In this document: piece by piece, positions 7,440-20,900 of the stretch
Numbering within the stretch: position 1 is the first letter of the stretch
How the letters are laid out: each line of letters starts with the position of its first letter
Virus record (IMG/VR): IMGVR_UViG_3300017913_001448
Location: 1-40,927 of that record
Source: a virus
Taxonomy: Duplodnaviria; Caudoviricetes
Reading direction: 5' to 3' (one strand)
Length of the DNA: 40,927 nucleotides
Translations under genes and position numbers: made by a program
Notes under the pieces: model-generated
Told to the model about the DNA's origin: nothing
The model's input: only the letters and a program-made list of their open reading frames with translations
Database searches by the model: none

Positions 7440-9263
7440 TTATACACTAGATACTAGATCTTGATCAAATGTCCAACTTCCACCACTGGTTACAAATTGT
7501 TTTAACGACCGTGTTACTGAGACTGTAACAGTACCTGTGGCACTACCAAAACCTACGTCTTGTAGTACTGATTCGTTTTGAACGCCAGCCGCATCAACTG
7601 CAATAAATGACTTTGTTGTAACTGCTGTAATATCAATACCAGTAACACTTGCACCTCCTAAAGTTGTGCAGTGTACACGAGCATATGTTCCGTCTGCAAC
7701 GTCGGCTGCCGAAACAAGATCTTCAATAACAAGTCCAATTTGTGTATCGTTAAGTCCAGTGACATCCATACTGAAAGAAATAGCAGTAGCACTAACTGCT
7801 TCATCAACGTAAATTTTTGTTGCCGCATCGGTGTCTGCTACAGGTGTCCCTAGTCCTGTAATCCTGTTGGTGTTTGCAAATGTTACATCCCCTGCTAGTG
7901 AAAGTGTTAATCCGCCGCCTGTTGTTGTAATTGTGTTGCCATTTAAGTTAATATTGTCAACGTCTAGTTCTGTAAGTGTTCCTACATTTGTTAGACTTGA
8001 ATTTACAACACCGTTACCTAGTGTTGTTGCGTCAAGTACATCAGTACCTGCAATTTTGTAACTGTTGCCACTAGTAACGTTAAAGTTTTCTGTTGCTGTC
8101 CAGGCATTTGGTGTCTGACGCCAAGTAAGTTTTTTATCTGTGCCTGTAACCCTAACAATCATACCAGCATCGTCTGCTTGTGTTTCTGTAACTAGTGTGC
8201 TATCGTCAGTAATTGCAAGTTCAATGTTTTTATCTTCAATACGCAATCTGCTTACATCAAGACTTGCATTTGTTCCTTCAACAATTAGATTTCCTGTGAT
8301 ACGCATAGTCCCATCTAAATCTAATGTATACTGCGGATCATTCTCAAATATACCAACACGTTGGTTTGTCGCATCAATAAAGATTGCATCAACTGTTTGT
8401 GATCCTGCCGCAGTTGATGTAACACGTAATGATAAATCTTCATCTAACTGTGTGTTCGTAATATGGAAAGCATCGCCAACTACTGCTTGTGTAAGATTGT
8501 TGTTTGGGCCAATGGTCACACCTGCGGCATTGTTTACAGTAATTGTGCCGTCTACTGTTTGATCGCCTGTAGCACTAATAAAACTATCCGCTGTAACTGT
8601 TGTTCCGTCTGATTTAACAAGTTTCTTAGCGGCATCAGCAGTACCTTCATAGATAAAGTTTTCTTTATCAATAATATTGATACCTTTTTTCACATCGCCT
8701 GTGATTCCTGTAATAGTGTATCCTACTGCTGGAGTAAATTGCACATTACTTGCTACTGCAACTCTTGTAGTGCCACCGGTGCCGTTACCAATATAAAGAC
8801 TTGCTATAGTTCTTGATCTATCTGTTTCATCCTGGACAGTTTCAATCTTCCAACCTGTTTCGCCTTGTTCACTAGTGTACAAAGGACCAATAAGTTGAGG
8901 ACTGCCTGCACCGTCATAAAAATAAATTTGATCGTCAACATTGTCAATCCACAGATCTCCAGCAACCATTGTAGGTTGATCCTTTTGTACGAAAGGTCCA
9001 CCAATTGCTTTGAATACACTTCCTGTGTATACTTTTAAGCGTCCATCACCTTTATCCCACCAAACTTGTCCTTCAATAGGGTTGCTAGGTGCAGTTGTAT
9101 TAGCAAAACTTTCAAGCATCTTTACAAAGTTTTCGTTAAGTGCTTCTCCAAATCCTGAATAGTTTTTACCAATCAACGAAATACTTGTACTTGCTGTATC
9201 AATTGTACCATCAATTAAGTCAACAAGTAATGAGCCGTCTGTTTTGTTAAGTTTATACGCCAT
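7440..9263 (-). CDS. Tail fibre protein (paralog 2; start revised to MAYKLNK at 9263)
   Basis: TAATG stop/start overlap with the upstream fibre gene, and an MAY start matching its paralogs. Shared GKNYSGFGEALNENF and GDLWID motifs, fibre-type RVGIFENDPQYTLD and GTPVADTDAATKIYVD repeats. Confidence 0.8.
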   Translation of the reverse strand: MAYKLNKTDGSLLVDLIDGTIDTASTSISLIGKNYSGFGEALNENFVKMLESFANTTAPSNPIEGQVWWDKGDGRLKVYTGSVFKAIGGPFVQKDQPTMVAGDLWIDNVDDQIYFYDGAGSPQLIGPLYTSEQGETGWKIETVQDETDRSRTIASLYIGNGTGGTTRVAVASNVQFTPAVGYTITGITGDVKKGINIIDKENFIYEGTADAAKKLVKSDGTTVTADSFISATGDQTVDGTITVNNAAGVTIGPNNNLTQAVVGDAFHITNTQLDEDLSLRVTSTAAGSQTVDAIFIDATNQRVGIFENDPQYTLDLDGTMRITGNLIVEGTNASLDVSRLRIEDKNIELAITDDSTLVTETQADDAGMIVRVTGTDKKLTWRQTPNAWTATENFNVTSGNSYKIAGTDVLDATTLGNGVVNSSLTNVGTLTELDVDNINLNGNTITTTGGGLTLSLAGDVTFANTNRITGLGTPVADTDAATKIYVDEAVSATAISFSMDVTGLNDTQIGLVIEDLVSAADVADGTYARVHCTTLGGASVTGIDITAVTTKSFIAVDAAGVQNESVLQDVGFGSATGTVTVSVTRSLKQFVTSGGSWTFDQDLVSSV

Positions 9264-11293
9264 TATACATTCCCAGTGTAAATAATCCAATTCATTGACA
9301 TAAATGGATTCAAAATATCCATTGCCTGTCCTGTCGTGCCGCTAACACCGCCACTGCTTGTAGCCGCTTGCCCTGCGTTGTTACCTGTAGGTGCATCATA
9401 CACAATAGATGACACAGGAGAGTTTGCATCTTTTGCGGCGTCAAGGATAGTGTAAAATTGTGTGCCTTCGATCTGCAAATCATGTTCGTGTTCTGGTAAG
9501 TTATCAACACCAATAGTAACTTCTTCGTTACCGCCTGCGTTACCTAGTTCGCTACCTCTAACACCTGTAATTCTATTTGCGGCTGTACCACCCATGTCAT
9601 CTAGACCAGCAATCATTCTGCCTCGCAAATCAGGTAATGCAAATTTAGCAACACCGTTGTCACTTAATTGTGCTTTTTCTTTATAGATAAATTTAATTAC
9701 ATTGAACAACTTTGTGTAGTCTGCTTGTAATACTTCACTACCGTCACATAGCAACCAATTTGTAGGTGCTGTTGTACCTGCATATGGCATAATTACACCT
9801 ACAGGATTTGTCGGCACTTTGTCTAATAAATTTTCAACACGCAATCTATACAGCCCTGTAGCACCTTGCACCCTGTTGATTAGGAATTCATCACTGTCCT
9901 GTGCTGTGCTAGTAGACGTTTTGTTACTAATAAAACTGTTACTAATCACTGTATTGAACGTTTTTGTGCTACCGCCAACTTGTCCATCAAATGTGAACGC
10001 CGGAGCACTTACTTCGCCTGCCATTTGGAACGTAGTTGCACTTGAAATCTTATCTGCACTTGCAGACGTACCGCTAATATTTCCTGTTAAGTTACCAATA
10101 AATTGTGCAGTAACTTGTGTAGCATAGATATTCGAATATTTGTTAGACGGCGATCCAATAGTTCTACTATTTGTTACATCAGGAATAATATTACGGGTTT
10201 CAGTTGTGCCAATAATATCAACATCGCCGCCGATATTTAAATCTCCTGCAATTCCTGTACCGCCTTTTACAACCAAAGCACCTGTTCCAAAGTTTGTGCT
10301 TGCTGTTGTGCCGTCAATGGTGATTGCATCGCTTACTTTGATTTTACCTGTAACATCTAATGCTTCGCTAGGTGCTGTGTTGTTAATACCTACATTTGTT
10401 GTACTATCAATACGCATTACAGTTTTTGTAGTGCCTTGATCGTTTACACGAATGTCTAAACTACTGCCACTGGCACCATGTGTAATAATACCAGATTGTC
10501 CTTCAACAGTCACAGCAAGTTGACTACCGCTACCAACAACCAACCCGTCGTCGCTGATTACACGCAATTGATGTTCAGTTGTACTAACTTTATCACCACG
10601 TAAGAAATCTGCTGCCGCTACAGGATCTGTTTCTCCTGCAACAATAAGGCTTTCTGCTTTTTCTGCTACACCATAATACTTGCCAGCGCCAGCACCTGTA
10701 ATATCCGCACTACTTAGATTGTATCCTGGTTTAATTGTATCAAACCCGTTGATCTTTGCTCTAGGAGTAAAAGACTTGGTGCTAATAATTGCTACAGGTT
10801 TTGCTTCAACTTCAATCTGTAGAACAATATAGTCTACATTGTCATCGCCTCTAATAGTAGTAGTTGTTGCACCTGTGTTTAGTCCACCACTAAAGTCTGG
10901 ACCTACTAGTGTCCATCCGCTACCTGTGTACAAATATAATTGTTGATTATCTGTATCTACCCAAAGGTCACCTTTGATGCTCGCACTTGCTTGTGGTGCT
11001 GTGTCTGCCTTCTTTAGACCACCGGCTGCAATCCATTGTGTGCCATCATAAACTTTTAGTGTTTCGCTACCACTTGTGCTATCCCACCACAGTTGCCCTT
11101 CTACAGGATTAGTAGGAGCACTAGGATTACTAAAATTCTCTAGCAACTTTAAAAAGTTTTGATTAAACTCTACACCATAACTGGTTGTGTTTCTACCTAC
11201 AAGGTTTAAACTTGTTTGTGTATTGATATCGTTATCTTCAACAGTAATACTGCCTTTGTTTACAAAATCTGTAAAATTAATAGTGTAAGCCAT
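9263..11293 (-). CDS. Tail fibre protein with C-terminal phage tail collar domain (paralog 1)
   Basis: Shared N-terminus (GRNTTSYGVEFNQNFLKLLENF, GQLWWD), VGINNTAPSEALDVTG repeat, collar motif PVGVIMPYAGTTAPTNWLLCDG...LPDLRGR and an NLPEHEH motif. Confidence 0.85.
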   Translation of the reverse strand: MAYTINFTDFVNKGSITVEDNDINTQTSLNLVGRNTTSYGVEFNQNFLKLLENFSNPSAPTNPVEGQLWWDSTSGSETLKVYDGTQWIAAGGLKKADTAPQASASIKGDLWVDTDNQQLYLYTGSGWTLVGPDFSGGLNTGATTTTIRGDDNVDYIVLQIEVEAKPVAIISTKSFTPRAKINGFDTIKPGYNLSSADITGAGAGKYYGVAEKAESLIVAGETDPVAAADFLRGDKVSTTEHQLRVISDDGLVVGSGSQLAVTVEGQSGIITHGASGSSLDIRVNDQGTTKTVMRIDSTTNVGINNTAPSEALDVTGKIKVSDAITIDGTTASTNFGTGALVVKGGTGIAGDLNIGGDVDIIGTTETRNIIPDVTNSRTIGSPSNKYSNIYATQVTAQFIGNLTGNISGTSASADKISSATTFQMAGEVSAPAFTFDGQVGGSTKTFNTVISNSFISNKTSTSTAQDSDEFLINRVQGATGLYRLRVENLLDKVPTNPVGVIMPYAGTTAPTNWLLCDGSEVLQADYTKLFNVIKFIYKEKAQLSDNGVAKFALPDLRGRMIAGLDDMGGTAANRITGVRGSELGNAGGNEEVTIGVDNLPEHEHDLQIEGTQFYTILDAAKDANSPVSSIVYDAPTGNNAGQAATSSGGVSGTTGQAMDILNPFMSMNWIIYTGNV

Positions 11294-11296
11294 CTA

Positions 11297-11902
11297 TTAT
11301 ACTCCTGACAAACTCTGTACTCTAACAGTATAATCAATCTGTACAAGTCTGTTTAAAGATTTTTGTACTGGATGGAAAATAACATGTGTTAGTAAACGTC
11401 CTGTACCGGAAGGACTATAACTCTTCAATCCAAGTTCGTCAAATACATACAAGTTTTCAGTATTACTTGCTGTATCAAATGCATCTTGTCCTTCTGGTTC
11501 ACCGTAGTCTAATAATGCAGTAACAACAATATCTGTATAATTAGTACCGCTGACATGACGTGTTTCGGTTTTATTTCTAATAGGATCAGTATTTGCTGTA
11601 CTTCTATCATCTACAACTTTTGTAAATGTTTGATTATACAAACTTGCGTTTGTACCTGTTGAGTTAGGTGTGAGGTATGTAATAATACCAGTCGGGTCAA
11701 CACTTGTGCCGCCGTTACCAAAACTCATTTCATATATCATACCTTGGCCTTGGTTTGCTAAACTTTCTGCCAACGCAATACTCATGTTTTCATAGTGAAT
11801 TGCATTTTTCTTGTCCACATATACTTCTTTTGTATACGGATCAAAAATCTTGATGTGTCCTGAAACTGCAACACCTGATTTATCTTTAAGTTGTTCTGTC
11901 AT
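11297..11902 (-). CDS. Putative baseplate/fibre-attachment structural protein (201 aa)
   Basis: MSFGNGG..P....LYN....V(F)DELGL...G.LLTHV.F.PV.K resembles baseplate-anchoring N-terminal domains of myophage fibres. Lies between the giant wedge gene and the fibre genes. Confidence 0.65.
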   Translation of the reverse strand: MTEQLKDKSGVAVSGHIKIFDPYTKEVYVDKKNAIHYENMSIALAESLANQGQGMIYEMSFGNGGTSVDPTGIITYLTPNSTGTNASLYNQTFTKVVDDRSTANTDPIRNKTETRHVSGTNYTDIVVTALLDYGEPEGQDAFDTASNTENLYVFDELGLKSYSPSGTGRLLTHVIFHPVQKSLNRLVQIDYTVRVQSLSGV

Positions 11903-11922
11903 GTCATTTCCTGCTGTTACTG

Positions 11923-11929
11923 TATTTAT
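11923..11929 (-). promoter_or_regulatory. T4-like late promoter core ATAAATA overlapping the TAA stop of the giant gene
   Basis: Minus strand reads ...CCTAAATAAATACAGTAACAGCAGGAAATGACATG. Confidence 0.55.
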
Positions 11930-14900
11930 TTAGGTAACTCCGTTGTATTTTCTTTAAGGAAGTCCGCTATGTCATTTTTTGCATCTGCTAGGCTTGTACC
12001 GTCTGTTGTCCATGTTTTACCAGTACGTCTAACAACTACAATCTTTTCTTCTTCTTCTGGTGTTCTGTACAGTGTAAGTGTACTACCATTAAGCGTAAAT
12101 TCTGCCGCCGCAGTTACATCACCTTCTGGACTATCTTGATCGATAAAGCGTGTTGTAAATGTGCCGTTACTATCTTTAGCATCTACTTGGTATTTGCTAA
12201 TTGCATTTTTACGCAATCTACGTCCTGCCATAAACACTTCAAATTCATTTACACTACCAGGTGTAAAATCTAATTCAAATACACCTGTTGTACCATCTGG
12301 TGTGTATACAGTTGTAATTGTTTCGTCTGTGTACGGAACAGTATTGTGTGGACTTTGATCTTCAATCTCAGTACCGCTGGCAATCAATGTGTTTACTCCT
12401 GTACCTAGTGTACCGCGTCTTAGTTGACGTAATGAATTGCCTTGCTTAACAAGATATTCAATACGTTCTCCGTTAATAAACACAACACCTGGTACTCTAG
12501 TTTTCTTGTCTGGTGTTGCAAGACCGCTTGCATCTACTAATTCAATTCTGGTGTCATACCAGTTTAGATCCTGTGCAAGTTTATACTTAGATTTATCATC
12601 GATACGCTTGTAATGCACCCTATTAAGAATGTCTTTAAAAATTCTGTATCCAAACTTTTGTGTAAGTTTTTCACCGGCAAACTCAATGTATTCAATCTTA
12701 TCATTTGCACTAATAGGTTTAACAATTTTCAGGTAATCTTTATCTTCTGTAAGATAATAATCAACATTAGGTACAAGCCTGTCACCATTGATAATAACCC
12801 AAACATATTGTGAATCTTCTGCTTCTTTACGCAGTTTTACTAATCCGTTTTGCAGATTATAATATTCTGCATAACTTTCTGTGCCTGGCACAAGTGTTCT
12901 TCTTGACAAGAAGTTGTACTTTGTACGTTTAATGTCTTGTGCATCGTGATTACTAAATGTGGTTACTTTAATTTCAGCGCCTAATGCTGGTGCTGTATCA
13001 AAATATAATTTATCTCTACTTGGCTGGAATCTGCGTGTGCTGTCCTCTCCAATGCCAATGTATCCGAATGCATATTCTCCATCGTTTATTACAAAGATTT
13101 CTAATTCATCACCTGAACTACCAATGCCAGATGTCAGTGTAACGCTACCAACATTACTGTTCCATCTGTAGTCTACATTCTTTGTTAAAAGTTCATTGTT
13201 TAAATAAACTTCAACTTCAGCATTTTGAATACTGTTAGCATAGAACTGCCAATCGTCTACAAAGTATTCTCTAGCATTTGTCATTACAAATTCTATATTA
13301 TATCCTGCATCTTTAATGCTGTCGTCTACAGTTACAATAGTGTTTTGTTGCACAGGCAATCCGCCTGTAATAGCACTTTCAAGTGTAAACACTGTTGTAC
13401 TTCCATCGCCTACAAATGTTTGTGTTGAAGTTGCACTGTATGTTTGACTTGCACTGTAGAAAATACCATAATCTACATGATTGCCGCTCTGCGGCGGTGT
13501 ATCAAATTCAATACCAAACAATCCTGCATCATCGCCGTAACTTGCATCAGTTTTAAATAATCTTGATGTAATAGGAACACCGTCGATGTTTACAAAGTGT
13601 GTAACATTGTCTTGGTAAAATACATTTGTAATAAATGTATTTGTACTACCATCAGCAACAAAGTTATCAATATCAAGGATCTTAGTTGCACTTTCTCCTA
13701 CAGCAACAATACTTAACACTTGACCTGATGCTGGTGCAGTGGCAAATGTAATAGTTTCGTTTCTATAATCAACTGTATAGTTTGTTACAGTAGAGCCTGC
13801 AAGTTTTACAAATACACCTGCATTGTTCATAGGCTTGATGCCAATTTTGTAAGTTACGGTTGTACCATCTGTTGTGTAGAAGTTGCTTGCAATATTACTT
13901 GCACCATCGTCTGGTCTGTGAACAACTCTAATATCAACTGTATCTGCAATCTTGCCCGGAACAAGTTCTTCAGGTCCACTTGTTGTCATTGGTGTAATAA
14001 AGTTGTCACCGTCTACAATAATCTCTGCCGCATCAATACCTTTTGCATTGCTGTATGTAAGAGCACCACCTGAAAGTTCTGTATCATAACTTGCCGCATC
14101 TGGTTTAAAACTACCATCACTTGTAGTTTTTCTAATAATAAACACATCACCGTCTGCACTAGCAATACCTAATGTATCTAGATCTAATTGTGTTTGTCCT
14201 GCACCTGTAATACTTTGCATCAGTGCATTTTTATTTGCACCAGGGTTAGCAAGATCAACAAAGTTAGGATCGTCAATACGCACATTGTTTTTGTAAACGT
14301 TATATGTAACTCCACTATCAAGTGCATCGTCCCATTCCATAATAATTGTACTACCGTCGAGTGTAATTACAATATCTTCATATGTGTTATCATACAAATC
14401 ATATGGTTCTACGCCAAAGCCTTGTGCTTCAAATCCTGCTGTTGCACTGAAGTCAAAACTCTTAACCTCTACACCGCCAAAATCGATGCCATCCATAAGT
14501 TGCGAAATATCTTTACCTACCATGCCTGCGGTTGGTTTGTAGTAAGTTTCAATTCTATCCTGTGCATTTAGTAATGCTGGTGAAATTTCATAATTCACTG
14601 TGATAGCAGATCCTAATTTAGGTGGCTTTGTGAAAACAATTTGTCCTTTTTCTCTAGTGTAGGATTTTGTTTCATCCTGCTTGTTTGAGAAAGTGTATTC
14701 ACTTCGCAGTTGTTCTACATTGTCAATAATAATTTCTACCTTTGTAGCATTTAAATTCATTGGCCATTTTAAGTTGAACACTTGCTGGCTTCCTGCACCT
14801 ACAAATGTTTCTGTTTTCTTGACGCTTAAAATATACGGCTCGCCTGAGACTCTGTCAAACTTACTAATTACTTTTGTACCTCTAGCTTTACCATTACCAA

Positions 14901-17900
14901 GAACTGCTGTTGCCGTTGCTTCAACACCGTCATCTTGTATACTACCATTAATTACTACATCAGGATTGCTTGTATAACCTTTACCTGGATTCGTAACCTC
15001 AATATAACTTACCTTGTCGCCATTTAAGAATGCTTTTGCTGTGGCACCTGTTCCGCCGCCGCCTTCTAGTGTTACTATTGGAGGAATACTATATGTGCTG
15101 CCTTTTTCACCTACAATAATTTTAGTAATTTCAAAGCCGACGTTATCTTTCCACCATCTGTCAGGATATTCACTACTGCTGTTTGGTAGTGATGTAAGGA
15201 TATCATTTTTTACAGTTGCATTTGAAGGAACAATAGCACCTTTTGCAAAATCATATCTTGGTGGTAAATCAAAGTCTGTAACACTTGTATTAGTATTTTC
15301 AGTCTTTTCATATGCACTTACATACTGTCTAATTTTAGTTTTGAAAGGTTTGACTTCACTAATGTAATCTTGGAAACTGTCAATGTTATCATTTTGGAAT
15401 GTAACCTTTTGTGTCAATTCACCAACATTATGTTGTGCATTTATGAAACTAGTTTTAAACGCCCAGTCTAGGTTAGGTTGTTCATACATAGCATATCTTA
15501 CACTACTAATAAACAATTCATTGTAATGATCTTCAAGATTATCTACAAACAGATTATCTCTAATTGTTTCTAAAATAATTCTTGTTTCGCGTACAGGTTG
15601 ATTATCATAGAAGTTTGTATCGAATGTATCTGTATCAAATCCTGTTCTAGTTAAGTCAGTATCGTACAGTGATTTATTAAACTGTATTGTTGCATTTTGT
15701 TTACCTACAACTTTATAATTTACAGTATAATCTTCATTTTGGTCATTGTTAATTTTTTCTAGCAACAACCAACCGCCTGATCCGATACTACTTATTTTTA
15801 CAGTGTCACCGATATTATTATCTAGTCCAGACAATTGATAACTAAAGTCAATCAAATCGTCAACTTCTGTAAATTGATTATATCCATAAGCGTACCAATC
15901 TACGTAATCCCAGTGTAATCTAGTATCATAACGCTGACTTACTTTTCTATTAAACTTCCTACCATTGTATTCATATGTACTCCATTTGTTTGATACATTT
16001 GAATCACTTTCTATTAAGACAGTAAATGGTCTTACATCAATAGTAGTTGTGCTATCATAACCTTCACCCGGATCTACAATATTTACTGACGTAATTTTAC
16101 CAATTTCGTCAATAGTAGTTTCAAGAATTGCTCCTGTTCCGATGCCTGTTACAGTTACCGATGGTCCCAATCTATTTCTAGATGTTACTCCAGACACATA
16201 ACTTGGATCTTCATATCCACGTCCTGCGTCAGTAATTGTTACACTTTGTATCTTGCCGTCTTTGATAGTTGGAGTAAGTGTTGCTGTCTTTCTATTTGCT
16301 ACACCAACATATTGTAAGTCTATATAAGTATCAATCTTCTTATCATAGGAGCGTCCTGTCATTAACGGAAGAGGATCATTTTCTTCAAGCCGACTAATAT
16401 CAAATTCGTCAACAATAATATTTTGCTTCAGTACAATATTTGTACGTTCAATAATTTGCTTTAATGCTTCAGTTTTATTAATAAACATACTTTGTCTTGG
16501 ACGGTTCTGTATACCGTATTTGGCTTTTGCACTCAAAACAGGATCTGGAACAGTCCTACGCTTTTCATCATAACCTATTAAACTGTCAAACCATTTACGT
16601 TCAATATCTCTACTCGGACGGCTTGTACCTACTCCTTGTGTAATAATATTGTATTCATTGTGAATGTTTTGTTCATGATTGTCTTGAGTATAATAGCGTA
16701 AATTTAGAGCAACTTCTTTATCGTTCATTACGTCTGCACAATTGAACAATGCATATCTATCCTTAGCCATTAGTGCAACAAACTTGTAGCCTGTGCCAGC
16801 AGGATTTGCAATTAACTCCTTAACATCAAATGCACTAATTCTTCTTGATTCTAAATTAGGAACTGTACGCTTGTTAGCAACCCAATAAAAATACTTCGTA
16901 CGGCTTATTCCGCCAACAGCATCCCATACTAGTCTTTGCGAATATACATTATCATCATATTTTGTAACGCCGCTAATGCTTCTACTCAAGCCTTCGTTTG
17001 TATCTGCTAATTCATTCCACTCACTTGGTAGTAAATCACTCATTACCCATTCATAAACTTGTACAGTAGTGCTTGGGAATACTTCACCCCAGTAGTTTGT
17101 TTGGTAAACTATATCATTCATTTGGTAATTGTAGAACTTAGTTGCACTAATATCCCACCATAAACTACCTGCATACTTTTCGCCCCAAGAATTTTCTTCG
17201 TCTACAACTACATTTGAGTCACCAATGCTATATGTCGCAGGATCATAATATGTTTTATAACTTAATTCTGCTTCAGCAGGACCTGCAATTTTGCCTTGTA
17301 CAGGATCAATGTAGTCTAAGTCTTCAACAAGAGTATTTGTTTTTGTATTGTACAAAAATACATTCTTAATATTATTAATATCTACTTGGTCAATTGGTGT
17401 TCTGTGTTGTGTCCAAATTTTAGATCCAATGCCTTTTCTAAAGTCAATGACCTGTCCTTGATAGGTTGTTTCGTCTGTTGCTCTAGGCATTGTTGTATAA
17501 ACATGGTTTCCTTTTACAAGTAGGTTTTTACCAAAGAATCTGCTGTCTGGATCTTCATATAAAAATTCCTGGGCGTAAATTAAACTGTTATTGATACGTT
17601 CATAAATGTAAACTGCGCCACTATCTGACTGCACTGTTTTAAACTTAGTAAATTCATTATCAAATACAGTTTGTAAGCCTTCGTTGCTTGTAGTATCTAA
17701 TACGTTTTTAGCATAAATCTTTGCTGGTGTTGTTTCAGTAAAATCAGCAAGAGTAAAAGTACCTGGATTATAATTTGTATCTTTATCTGCTACATATGTT
17801 TTACCATTGTAGTACACAAATGTTCCTACAGGAATAAAGTAGTTGTCGTAGACTACATTGCGCACAGCACTTACAAATTTAGATGCATCAAAGTTTCCGT

Positions 17901-20900
17901 TTGGAAAATTAGTTCGATCACGTACACCATGTGTAATTACTTCACTCCATGAACTGTAGTCAAATGCACTTGTGCTGTCATTTCTAATTGCATTAGGAGT
18001 ATATACCTTTCCTTGGTATATAACCTTATCTCCTATACTGTAATCGCCACCTTGTTCCCAAACAGGCCAGTTTGTAGAATATGTGTTATCTATAACTTGT
18101 TTTACTATACCGTTATGGATAACTTTTTGACCTTGATCAAGTGGAACAAGAACATCAATTGTATCATTATTTTCTCTAACTCCTGCCTTTTCAGCAATCG
18201 CATCAAGATCAATTACATCTTCTTGTCCTTTTACTAAGCCTGCATCTAGGCTACGTAAATCAAGTCCTTTGTCATCTCTTACATACGGCTGTGTGTCTAA
18301 TAGAGATGTGTGTATATCGTATGTTGTAGCGACACTAATATCACCTTGTAAACTATTAATAGCAAGCGAATCTCCATCAAATTCTAAATCTGCACCAAAG
18401 TTTTCATTTTGTTCGCCGCTTGGACTGTCAAGTATTTGTGTGTTACTAAATGTACCGTTACTTAATTTATAAATGTAAACGCGGCCCTGATTTTCTTTTA
18501 ATGCATCATTATAAGGTTCACCGATTGCAATTAAATTACCATCTGCAGAAATACTAACACTATCGCCAAAACCTGTATAACTTCCTGTTGATAGATCAAC
18601 ATACGGTGCTACAATATTTTGAGATAGTATATATTGTCCTTCTGGTAAACGTCTATAAACATTTACAACACGTTCACCTGTACTGTCGTTACCTTGTATT
18701 TTAGTGCTTGTAACAAGAACACTACCGTCGGGTGTGCAGTCAAAGTTTGTTGCAAATTCTCTAATACCATGTTCAGGATCGAAGAATGTTTCTCCGTCTA
18801 GTTCATTTACACCTAAGTTTGGCACTTTTCCAGTGTGTGCTATACCAACGTCAACTGTATCCCAATCGTCTGCAATAAAAGCACTACCACTTGCAATGTT
18901 ACGCTTTGCTTGATACAAGTCATTTAGGTAATCAACGATTTCGCCTTGTTTATAGAAGGTAGTGCTACTAAATGTTCCTCTATAATTTTCATTGACATCC
19001 AATTGCCATTCGAATGTATTCGCACCCTCTTTGCCGTGTTTGATAAAATGAATGCTTCCTGGTAATGATCCAGTACCATCGCCTTTGCTTTTTACTAACA
19101 AATTGTAACGTAAATTATCTTTACTCCAAATAATTTCGTCACCTAATTTAGCATTTGCTGTACGTTCCGGGACAGTGAATGCATTACTAAATGCATATTG
19201 TCCTGTACTACCTATGTTGTAAATAGAGAACATACCTTCGTTAGTAAATCCACTACCTACTGCGGCTGTAGAATCAGTAATAGGTAAGTTCTTAACAATT
19301 TCCCAATCTCTATTGTTAGAAGCAGGAATATTTGGATCTCTTGGCAGACCGGTTAATGTAGTTTGGTCATAAATCCAATATTCGAAATTTGTAAGTTCTG
19401 TTGTTACATCTACGCCAAAGTTTTGTGCTTCCTGTAGAACAACAATTTTACCAATACGTGTGCCTGCAATACTACTTGCTTTAATAGTACCCATAACACG
19501 GTCAACTGCTCTGTCTCTTACAATAAAATTGCCATCATTATAGTCACTACCTGCACTAAATGTTCCAATAACATTTTTTACATAAATTCTTACATCATTG
19601 AAGATACGCTTATAGAAAACAATTTCGGCTCTTGCACCTGTTACTGCGTCTGTCACAAAGTCGCCTACAATAGGTTCAAAAGGCTCGCCTGTTACAACAT
19701 TGAAATTATCAAATTCAAAGTCAATGTATCCGTCCCAAATGTCGTATACGGTGTGTTGTTTGTTAATAAGTGCTGTACTAAATGTACTGTCGGTAAAATC
19801 AGTATTGCCACTTACATCATCTACTACCATGTAAAACTGATCGCCAGTGTTTAGTGTGTTACTAAATGTTGCAGGCACACGCACTGTCCAAAGATCGCTT
19901 GCTTGCAGTACAAAAGGTCCTCCGGCAGGATCACCTTCATAAGACAGTGTTTCCATAAACGCCGCTTGATCATTTTTGTTCAATGCTCTACTTGCGAGAT
20001 TAGCGGCAACCCTGCCTGCTTCCTTAGTGTCTGTGATGTTGTAATAATAGTTAGGATTTGTCCTACCACTTGATACAGTTAACAAGTCTTGGTATACAAG
20101 TCCATGTCCAGGATCAATAAACACATTACTACTATCTGCACTTGTAAAATAGTAAGGTGTATCAATAAACCAATATCCGCCTAATGTGTTTGTAGCATCT
20201 TGATAATCTTCAATGTAATCGCCAATACGTAATGTTCCAACAAAGAGTGAACCGCTATTTGCAAACGTACCGTTTACATCACTTACATATACAACTAGAT
20301 TTGTTAAATCATTTGATACGTATACAATTTCACCGCTTGCTACGTCACTACTGATGGTTTCTCCTACAGAAGGAATATTTACAAAATCTTCCACATATAA
20401 AACATTATCTACTTTTTTCTGAATAGTATGTGTTCCGGTTATGAAGTTACCATCAATAACCGAAAACTCGCCATCAAAAGGTTGTACATCTACTGTATCA
20501 CCTTGCGTATTCACGTAACTATAATTGTTCCATTTGAGAACAATTTTATCATTTACAGCACTACCTTCGTATGCTCTCAAAGGTGCCCGCACAAGCATAT
20601 GGTTTACATATCGGCTATTTAATTTGTAATCAGCAGTTTGTAGTAAATTTAGTAGGCTACTATCACTATCGCTTACTATTCCTAAGTAACTATCAAAACT
20701 ACCAAAACTTACAGCGTTTGTACTAGGATCAATATTTTGAATTGCTTTCCAAAGATTTGGACCATACTTAACAATACTTGCTTTAGTATATGCTGTAGTT
20801 TGTACAAATTCACCTTTATAGAAACTGCGTGTATTTGATGCTTGTGGACTACCCACTGCAAGATACTTGCCATCTGGACTAACTGCTACACTTTCACCGA

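Noticed and set aside
9264-9290. N-terminal extension MDYLHWECI of the 616-aa ORF
   Set aside because: The MAY start at 9263 matches both paralogs and forms a TAATG overlap.
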